The notes under the pieces: generated by a model | What the model was told of the DNA's origin: nothing | The model's input: only the letters and a program-made list of their open reading frames with translations | The model's database searches: none | Assembly (NCBI GenBank): GCA_045612715.1 | Contig: JAZKZP010000115.1 | Span: forward strand, 2,498 to 66,497 | Reading direction: 5' to 3' | Source of the DNA: Eubacteriales bacterium | GTDB taxonomy: Bacteria; Bacillota; Clostridia; Oscillospirales; CAG-272 | DNA length: 64,000 nt | Made by a program: the position numbers and the translations under genes | Shown: piece by piece, positions 57,724-64,000 of the stretch | Layout of the letters: each line of letters starts with the position of its first letter | Numbering within the stretch: the stretch's first letter is position 1

Positions 57724-59061
57724 ATGACACTTAAATTAAACGACAAATATTTAGAAAAATTTATATCTGAGCATGAGTATGATTGTATTGCTCCTATGGT
57801 TACACTTGCTGATAAAATGCTCAAAGAAAAAAGCGGAGCAGGAAATAAGTTTCTTGGTTGGATGGATCTTCCTGAAAATTATGATAAGGAAGAATTTGCA
57901 AGAATTAAAAATGCAGCTAAAAGAATTCAAAAAGATTGCGATGCATTTATCGTAATAGGTATCGGTGGTTCTTATCTCGGTACTAAAGCTATTATAGAAT
58001 TTCTTAGTGCTATAAATCATAATGAAGCCAAAGGCAACGTGCCTTCAATTTACTATGCAGGCTGTAATATTAGTGCGGCATATCTTAATGAATTGCTCTA
58101 TATTTGCGAACATAAGAATGTTTGCATCAATGTAATTTCAAAATCGGGTACAACAACTGAGCCTGCGGTTGCGTTTAGAATTCTTCGTGCTTTCTTGGAA
58201 AAGAAATATGGTGTTGAAGAAGCTAATAGAAGAATCTATGTTACTACTGATAAAGAACGTGGTACACTTAAATCATTTGCTACTCAGCGTGGATATGAAA
58301 CTTTTGTTATTCCCGATGACGTTGGTGGAAGATTCTCAGTTTTAACTGCTGTAGGACTTTTGCCAGTAGCTGTTGCAGGAATTGATATTGATACTCTTAT
58401 GGAGGGTGCAAATGCAGCGAGAGTTGCATATTCTGATCCTGATCTTCGCAAGAACGACGCATATAAATATGCAGCTATGAGAAACATTCTTTACCGCAAG
58501 GGTAAACATCTCGAAATACTTGTTGGCTATGAGCCTTTTACAGCTACACTTCAAGAATGGTGGAAGCAGCTCTATGGCGAGAGTGAAGGTAAAGATGGAA
58601 AGGGCATTTTCCCGTCATCTCTTATTTTCTCAACAGATTTGCATTCACTCGGTCAGTATATCCAGCAGGGCGAAAAGATGTTGTTTGAAACAGTTCTTTC
58701 TGTTCATGATACAAAGAGTACATTTGAAATTCCTTATGATGAAGCTAATATAGATGGACTTAACTTCCTTGCAGGTCGTGATATTAATGAGCTCAAACAG
58801 ACAGCTATGAGAGCAACTCAGCTTGCTCACATTGATGGTGATGTACCCAATATCCATATTGAAATCGCAGAAAGAAATGCATATTGCTTGGGCTATCTTA
58901 TTTACTTCTTTGAACTTGCTTGTGCAATGTCTGGATACCTTCTTGGCGTTAATCCTTTTGACCAACCCGGTGTTGAAGAATACAAAAATAATATGTTTGC
59001 TATGCTTGGCAAGCCTGGTTATGAGGAACGCAGAAAAGAACTTGAAGCAAGAATTATTTAA
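57724..59061 (+). CDS. pgi: Glucose-6-phosphate isomerase
   Basis: 445 aa Firmicutes-type PGI (..GIGGSYLG.., ..GGRFSVLT..). Confidence 0.93.
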   Translation: MTLKLNDKYLEKFISEHEYDCIAPMVTLADKMLKEKSGAGNKFLGWMDLPENYDKEEFARIKNAAKRIQKDCDAFIVIGIGGSYLGTKAIIEFLSAINHNEAKGNVPSIYYAGCNISAAYLNELLYICEHKNVCINVISKSGTTTEPAVAFRILRAFLEKKYGVEEANRRIYVTTDKERGTLKSFATQRGYETFVIPDDVGGRFSVLTAVGLLPVAVAGIDIDTLMEGANAARVAYSDPDLRKNDAYKYAAMRNILYRKGKHLEILVGYEPFTATLQEWWKQLYGESEGKDGKGIFPSSLIFSTDLHSLGQYIQQGEKMLFETVLSVHDTKSTFEIPYDEANIDGLNFLAGRDINELKQTAMRATQLAHIDGDVPNIHIEIAERNAYCLGYLIYFFELACAMSGYLLGVNPFDQPGVEEYKNNMFAMLGKPGYEERRKELEARII

Positions 59062-59118
59062 TCTTTGAATTTTTATCAATTTTGTGCACTTTTTTAGTTA
59101 ATTTTTTATAAAAACTAC

Positions 59119-59147
59119 TTGCTTTTTTTAAAAGCTTAGTGTATAAT
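59119..59147 (+). promoter_or_regulatory. Promoter of the small P-loop gene
   Basis: TTGCTT, 17 nt, TATAAT. Confidence 0.55.
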
Positions 59148-59199
59148 TAATACATAAAGAAGCATATTGCTTTAAGTAACTCTTGGAGGTAATTTTATT

Positions 59200-59607
59200 A
59201 TGGTGAAATTGATAATTGGCGTTAAAGGTACAGGTAAAACAAAAACTCTTATCGAAATGGTAAACCAGGCGCAGAACGATACAAAGGGATGCGTAGTTTG
59301 CATCGAAAAGGGCAATAAATTGCGTTATGATGTTAATAGTCAAGTTAGACTTATAGATACAGTTGAATATTTAGTTACTGATGCACAGTCACTCTTTGGA
59401 TTTGTTGCAGGTATTTTGGCTAGCAACTATGACGTTACTGATATCTTTGTTGATTCTTGCTTGAAGATTTGCAATGAGGATGTTCCTGCATTTGAAAAAT
59501 TCTTGCTTGAAATCGAAGCACTTGCTCTTAAGAGTAATGTTAACGTTGTTCTCACATCTTCTTTGCCTGAAGAAAATGTGTCTGACGTAATGAAAAAATT
59601 CATCTAA
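59200..59607 (+). CDS. Small stand-alone P-loop NTPase-like protein of unknown function
   Basis: 135 aa with Walker A GVKGTGKT at residues 7-14 and a Walker B-like DIFVDS. GGAGG RBS. Has its own promoter and terminator. Confidence 0.7.
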   Translation: MVKLIIGVKGTGKTKTLIEMVNQAQNDTKGCVVCIEKGNKLRYDVNSQVRLIDTVEYLVTDAQSLFGFVAGILASNYDVTDIFVDSCLKICNEDVPAFEKFLLEIEALALKSNVNVVLTSSLPEENVSDVMKKFI

Positions 59608-59616
59608 TTTAAATAT

Positions 59617-59651
59617 AAAACAGCTCAATCTTGTGATTGAGCTGTTTTTTT
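59617..59651. terminator. Bidirectional terminator between the P-loop gene and convergent nrdG
   Basis: Stem AAAACAGCTCAATC/GATTGAGCTGTTTT with loop TTGT and flanking A and T runs. Confidence 0.8.
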
Positions 59652-59652
59652 A

Positions 59653-60213
59653 TTATTCATAAATATCGCCGCTACCCATTGTTCTTTCCCATTTTCCACT
59701 TAATAAAACCATTTTATTTTCTTTAAGAGATTTATGGACGTCGATTATGTTTTGATTGGATGAGCCCCTAAACAGTAAAGCTGAGCTTTTTAATTCTTCT
59801 ACGAATTTACCATCAACTAAAACGTCGATGTACGAAAGCAGTTCAGCAACGTTTTCAGCTTTTTCATTTGCTTTGGGTAGCAAATCGTTTTCAAAGTTGA
59901 ATCCTGTATAGCACCAAATACTTTTGTTAGGCAAGCGCGTTTTGAACTGTTTTAAAAGTTCTATAAGAGAAGATTGATTTTCCGGTTCAAATGGCTCACC
60001 ACCGAGCAATGTTAAGCCATCAACAAATGATGGTTCAGTTGCAGCAATGATATAATCAATTTCTTTTTGTGTAAATAATTCTCCATAACTAAAATTCCAA
60101 GTTTCAGGATTAAAGCATCCTTTACAGTGATGCCTGCAACCACTAACAAAAAGAGAAGTTCTGACACCAGGTCCATTAGCTATATCGTTTTCACGAATAA
60201 GTGCATAGTTCAT
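59653..60213 (-). CDS. nrdG: Anaerobic ribonucleoside-triphosphate reductase activating protein
   Basis: Radical SAM cluster GCRHHCKGC. ATG 60213 follows AAAGGA. The longer ORF-track form crosses a hairpin and the nrdD 3' end. Confidence 0.9.
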   Translation of the reverse strand: MNYALIRENDIANGPGVRTSLFVSGCRHHCKGCFNPETWNFSYGELFTQKEIDYIIAATEPSFVDGLTLLGGEPFEPENQSSLIELLKQFKTRLPNKSIWCYTGFNFENDLLPKANEKAENVAELLSYIDVLVDGKFVEELKSSALLFRGSSNQNIIDVHKSLKENKMVLLSGKWERTMGSGDIYE

Positions 60214-60231
60214 ATTATATCCTTTGATTAA

Positions 60232-60259
60232 CAATCCCTTGCAAAAATGCAAGGGATTG
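60232..60259 (-). other. Intercistronic stem-loop between nrdD and nrdG
   Basis: Perfect 12-bp stem CAATCCCTTGCA/TGCAAGGGATTG with a 4-nt loop. No U-tract on the transcribed (minus) strand. Confidence 0.6.
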
Positions 60260-60269
60260 AATTTTTTAA

Positions 60270-62444
60270 TTAAAGATGAAGAACTCTTTCTTTTATTTCT
60301 TGTGTTCTTCCTTGATTCCAATACTGTGTGCCGATATATCCACAAGTACGTCTTGCAACATTCATAGTGGCTTGATCTGTATTACCACAGTTTGGACATT
60401 GCCAAACAAGTTTACCCTCAATGTCAACTACTTCGATTTCTCCGTCAAAACCGCAAAGCTGACAATAGTCACTCTTCGTGTTAAGTTCAGCATACATAAT
60501 ATTGTTATAAATAAATTTCATAACCGAAAGAACTGCATCAATATTATTCTGCATATTGGGAACTTCAACATATGAAATAGCACCACCTGGAGAAAGCGCT
60601 TGGAATTTGGATTCTATAGCGAGCTTTTTGAAAGCATCAATTTCTTCAGTAACATGAATATGATAGCTATTGGTGATGTAAGTTTTATCTGTAATTCCTT
60701 TGCGTATACCAAAACGTTTTTGCAAACATTTAGCAAACTTATAAGTAGTGCTTTCAAGTGGTGTGCCGTAAAGAGAATAGTCAATACATTCTTCAGCTTT
60801 CCATTTTGCAGTATATTCATTAAGCTTTTTCATAATTTCAAGTCCAAGCTTTTCGCCTTCAGGTTCAGTTAATTTTTTTTCATTCAAGGAAAGAACACAT
60901 TCCCAAAGACCTGCATATCCAAGAGATAATGTAGAATATCCCCCGTGAAGATATTTGTCAATTACTTCACCTTTTTTGAGTCGAAGAAGGGCGCCGTGTT
61001 GCCAAAGAATTGGTGCGGCATCTGATACGGTTCCTGTGAGTCTTTCGTGACGGCACTGAAGTGCTTTGTGACAAATTTCCATTCTTTCGTCAAAAATTTC
61101 CCAAAATTTATCCATATCTCCTTCTGCAGAAAGACCGATATCAACAAGATTAACAGTTACGACGCCTTGGTTGAATCTTCCATAATATTTCGGTTGACCA
61201 TTTTCATCAATAAATGGAGTTAAGAAGCTTCTGCATCCCATACAAGTATAGCAGTGACCATCTCCATTTTTGTCAATCTTATTTTGAAGCATAATCTTTT
61301 CCGAAATATAGTCAGGAACCATTCTTTTAGCTGTGCATTTAGCAGCAAGTTTGGTCAAATAGTAATATGGGCTATCTTCGTGAATATTATCTTCCTCAAG
61401 AACATAAATTAGTTTCGGAAAAGCGGGTGTTACCCAAACACCTTTTTCATTCTTTACTCCCTTATATCTTTGCTTGAGCGTTTCTTCAATAATTATAGCA
61501 AGGTCTTTCTTTTCGCGCTCATTTTTTGCTTCATTAAGATACATAAATACTGTAACAAATGGTGCTTGTCCGTTAGTTGTCATCAATGTAACTACCTGAT
61601 ATTGGATCGTTTGAACACCGCTTCTTATTTCTTCAAGAAGGCGTTCTTCAGTTATTCTATCTATATCTTCAATAGTAACATCCGGATTTATTGTTTTAAG
61701 TTCTTTTTCGACTTTAACTCTTATTTTTTTTCTGCTGATATCAACAAATGGTGCTAGGTGTGTCAAACTTATACTTTGACCACCATATTGACAAGAAGCC
61801 ACCTGAGCTATAATTTGCGTTGCGATATTACACGCAGTAGAAAAACTATGTGGTTTTTCAATCATTGTTCCGCTGATAACCGTTCCGTTTTGGAGCATAT
61901 CCTCAAGATTTACCAAATCACAGTTGTGCATATGCTGGGCAAAATAGTCGGAATCGTGGAAATGAATAATTCCTTTTTCATGAGCTTCAACGATTTCTGC
62001 AGGGAGCAATATTCTTTTTGTGATATCCTTGCTTACTTCACCAGCCATATAGTCTCGCTGAACACTGTTAACAGTTGGATTTTTATTGGAGTTTTCCTGT
62101 TTTACTTCTTCATTATTGCATTCAATCAAGCTGAGAATTTGTTCGTCTGTTGTATTTGATTTTCTTATAAGAGCGCGAGTATATCGGTATGTAATATATC
62201 GTCTTGCTACATCAAAGGCACGCTGATTCATAATTTGGTCTTCAACCATATCTTGAATTTCTTCTACATTCAATGAACGATTCATGTGAGCGGCTGCCAT
62301 CTCAACATCTTCGGCTATTCTTTTTATTTGTATATCTGTCATTCTAGCGCTGGGAACAACGCTATCGTTGGCTTTAGTGATGGCAACGATAATTTTGTTG
62401 GGATCAAAAATCACTTCTGAACCATTTCTTTTAATAATTTTCAT
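60270..62444 (-). CDS. nrdD: Anaerobic ribonucleoside-triphosphate reductase (class III)
   Basis: N-terminal ATP cone, C-terminal zinc ribbon CQLCG..CPNCG and glycyl-radical motif RRTCGYIG. Confidence 0.95.
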   Translation of the reverse strand: MKIIKRNGSEVIFDPNKIIVAITKANDSVVPSARMTDIQIKRIAEDVEMAAAHMNRSLNVEEIQDMVEDQIMNQRAFDVARRYITYRYTRALIRKSNTTDEQILSLIECNNEEVKQENSNKNPTVNSVQRDYMAGEVSKDITKRILLPAEIVEAHEKGIIHFHDSDYFAQHMHNCDLVNLEDMLQNGTVISGTMIEKPHSFSTACNIATQIIAQVASCQYGGQSISLTHLAPFVDISRKKIRVKVEKELKTINPDVTIEDIDRITEERLLEEIRSGVQTIQYQVVTLMTTNGQAPFVTVFMYLNEAKNEREKKDLAIIIEETLKQRYKGVKNEKGVWVTPAFPKLIYVLEEDNIHEDSPYYYLTKLAAKCTAKRMVPDYISEKIMLQNKIDKNGDGHCYTCMGCRSFLTPFIDENGQPKYYGRFNQGVVTVNLVDIGLSAEGDMDKFWEIFDERMEICHKALQCRHERLTGTVSDAAPILWQHGALLRLKKGEVIDKYLHGGYSTLSLGYAGLWECVLSLNEKKLTEPEGEKLGLEIMKKLNEYTAKWKAEECIDYSLYGTPLESTTYKFAKCLQKRFGIRKGITDKTYITNSYHIHVTEEIDAFKKLAIESKFQALSPGGAISYVEVPNMQNNIDAVLSVMKFIYNNIMYAELNTKSDYCQLCGFDGEIEVVDIEGKLVWQCPNCGNTDQATMNVARRTCGYIGTQYWNQGRTQEIKERVLHL

Positions 62445-62501
62445 ATTTACCTCCTTAAAAAATAAATCTATACTAAAAATGAACTAAATTTCGACAGTAT
62501 A

Positions 62502-62530
62502 ATTATAACTATATATTGTGGTAAAGTCAA
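62502..62530 (-). promoter_or_regulatory. Promoter of nrdDG
   Basis: Minus strand TTGACT (62530-62525), 17 nt, TATAAT (62507-62502). Confidence 0.65.
62506..62521 (-). promoter_or_regulatory. NrdR box 1 (proximal)
   Basis: Minus strand CCACAATATATAGTTA against the NrdR-box palindrome acaCwAtATaTwGtgt. Occupies the -35/-10 spacer. Confidence 0.65.
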
Positions 62531-62536
62531 TAGAAA

Positions 62537-62552
62537 AATCAATATATTGTTA
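62537..62552 (-). promoter_or_regulatory. NrdR box 2 (distal)
   Basis: TAACAATATATTGATT with a perfect CAATATATTG core. Its centre is 31 bp from the centre of box 1. Confidence 0.65.
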
Positions 62553-62612
62553 TTTTTGTGACTATGTAACAAAAAAATAAAATATTTTTAAGCATTTTGA
62601 CACATTGTTATA

Positions 62613-62631
62613 TTTTAAGGAATTTTTAAGG
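62613..62631 (+). repeat. Direct repeat TTTTAAGG-N3-TTTTAAGG upstream of the fused ABC gene
   Basis: Copies at 62613-62620 and 62624-62631 (11-bp register), 50-68 nt upstream of ATG 62681. Confidence 0.5.
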
Positions 62632-62680
62632 TTTTTATAGTAATATTTACAATAGATAAAAATAAAAAAGTAGGTGCAAA

Positions 62681-64000
62681 ATGTTAGAACTTATAAACAT
62701 AAAAAAGACGTACGGCAAAGATGAATCTGCTGTTCATGCCTTGAAGGGTATTAGTATTAAATTCCGTGAAAATGAGTTTGTATCAATACTTGGTCAATCT
62801 GGCTGTGGAAAGACTACATTATTAAATATTGTGGGTGGTCTTGATCAGTATACTAGCGGTGATTTAGTAATCAACAATATTTCAACTAAAGATTATACAG
62901 ACTCGGATTGGGATACTTATAGAAATCATTCTGTAGGTTTTATATTTCAAAGCTATAATCTTATTTCACACCAAACAGTTTTGGCAAATGTTGAGCTTGC
63001 CTTAACTCTTAGCGGTATTTCAAAAAATGAAAGAAGAAAAAGAGCAGTTCAGGCTCTTGATAAAGTGGGACTTCGTTCACAAATGAATAAACGCCCCAAT
63101 CAGCTTTCAGGTGGTCAGATGCAGAGAGTAGCTATTGCTCGTGCATTGATTAATAATCCGGATATTTTGCTTGCTGATGAGCCGACAGGTGCACTTGACT
63201 CTGAAACAAGTGTTCAGGTTATGGATCTTTTGAAGGAAATTGCTAAAGATCGTCTTGTGATTATGGTAACTCATAATCCAGAGCTTGCAGAGCAATACTC
63301 AACAAGAATTATTAATCTTCGCGATGGTAATCTTGTTGGTGACTCTAATCCATATGATGGTAAGATGGAACAAGAAGAGTGGATTGAATATCAAAGCAAA
63401 CGAGAATCCATCCAAAAGAAGAAAAAATCATCTATGTCTTTTTGGACAGCGATGTCCCTGTCATTTAATAACTTGATGACAAAAAAGGGAAGAACATTTT
63501 TAACTTCATTTGCAGGCTCAATTGGTATTATAGGAATTGCTTTAATTTTGGCGGTTTCTACAGGCGTTGATGCCTATATTAAATCTATTGAAGAAACAAC
63601 AATGTCATCGTATCCGTTGCAAATTCAGCAAAATGCAATGGATCCTACTGCAATGATGTCTTCAATGATGCAGGCTGCAAATAATGCCCAAAATCAAAAG
63701 AGGGATCCTAATAAGATTTATTCAAGTCAGATAATGGGACAGATGCTCTCTATGATGAGCAATTCTGTAGCTACAAATAACCTTAAGAAATTCAAAGAAT
63801 TCCTTGATAAAAATTCTGAAATTCACGACCTTTGTACAGACATAAAATATGAATATTCACCCAACTTCAATATGTATCTTAAGCAAGAAGACGGAACTTA
63901 TAAAAACAGTTCTAACGGAATGGAACAAATGTATGATAGTATGGGTGTAACAGGCACGTCAAAGGATATGATGACCAGTATGAGCGCTTTGTCCGGTGGT
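62681..64000 (+). CDS. Fused ABC transporter ATP-binding / FtsX-type permease protein (MacB-like), 3' end beyond window
   Basis: Absent from the ORF track because there is no stop in the window. Translated by hand from ATG 62681 (AGGTG RBS) and open for 440 codons. Contains GQSGCGKTT, LSGGQMQR and LLADEPTGALD, then a TM segment (..FLTSFAGSIGIIGIALILAV..). Confidence 0.85.
   Translation, partial: MLELINIKKTYGKDESAVHALKGISIKFRENEFVSILGQSGCGKTTLLNIVGGLDQYTSGDLVINNISTKDYTDSDWDTYRNHSVGFIFQSYNLISHQTVLANVELALTLSGISKNERRKRAVQALDKVGLRSQMNKRPNQLSGGQMQRVAIARALINNPDILLADEPTGALDSETSVQVMDLLKEIAKDRLVIMVTHNPELAEQYSTRIINLRDGNLVGDSNPYDGKMEQEEWIEYQSKRESIQKKKKSSMSFWTAMSLSFNNLMTKKGRTFLTSFAGSIGIIGIALILAVSTGVDAYIKSIEETTMSSYPLQIQQNAMDPTAMMSSMMQAANNAQNQKRDPNKIYSSQIMGQMLSMMSNSVATNNLKKFKEFLDKNSEIHDLCTDIKYEYSPNFNMYLKQEDGTYKNSSNGMEQMYDSMGVTGTSKDMMTSMSALSGG

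Noticed and set aside
60232-60267. The nrdD-nrdG hairpin read as a plus-strand terminator, since it is followed by TTTTTT on the plus strand.
   Set aside because: No plus-strand gene or promoter reads into it. The plus strand here is antisense to nrdG.
60214-60345. N-terminal extension of nrdG overlapping the nrdD 3' end.
   Set aside because: It crosses the intercistronic hairpin and the nrdD stop. The conserved NrdG sequence starts at MNYALIREND.. with an AAAGGA RBS.
62555-62572. Imperfect palindrome TTGTGAC-N3-GTAACAA between the nrdD and ABC promoters, considered as a CRP/FNR- or Rex-type site.
   Set aside because: Only one half-site resembles TGTGA or TTGTGAA consensus sequences, the spacing does not fit either family, and the region is A+T-rich enough for chance symmetry.

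Overview
This 64-kb window is a low-GC Firmicutes chromosomal segment. Gene content and order suggest class Clostridia: mazG-hup-yabO-yabP-yabQ-divIC, a SpoVB/YabM-like flippase, nrdDG, cdaA and ireB. The lineage call is inference only. The window is almost fully coding, with about 63 CDS, one tRNA-Thr(CGU) and short A+T-rich intergenic regions. Many of those regions carry readable sigmaA-type promoters and rho-independent terminators.

Content is overwhelmingly housekeeping:
- two M42 peptidases, ynbB-like, nifS, a Ca2+ P-type ATPase, mnmA and trmL
- secA and the complete F1Fo operon atpZ-I-B-E-F-H-A-G-D-C
- rsmA, asnA, a MarR regulator with a heterodimeric ABC exporter, ireB-ribF-dac and uxuAB
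- nusB-(tsaD-like)-xseAB-ispA-tlyA-nadK-argR-argS, yebC and cdaA-cdaR-like-FAD protein
- recJ-rel-dtd-hemZ-mtaD, the sporulation/division cluster, trxB, a second dac, pgi and nrdDG
- a fused ABC ATPase/FtsX permease that runs off the 3' edge and is absent from the ORF track

I found no CRISPR array, transposase, integrase, reverse transcriptase, prophage or recognisable defence genes. I found no convincing undescribed multi-gene system, so I treat this as an essentially ordinary core region. The observations most worth a second look are:
- a PBP5-type DD-carboxypeptidase homolog with degenerate SxN and KTG motifs
- an ATP synthase c-subunit with a two-carboxylate Na+-type ion-site signature
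- a cdaA operon with a single-YbbR CdaR and a translationally coupled COG2509 FAD protein in place of glmM
- a membrane-anchored Cys/His-repeat plus BspA-type LRR protein, isolated between two bidirectional terminators
- an orphan mini P-loop protein
- a divergent TsaD paralog
- several RNA hairpins that enclose translation start regions
- tandem NrdR boxes on the nrdD promoter

Several ORF-track starts were moved to downstream ATG/TTG codons that have Shine-Dalgarno support.
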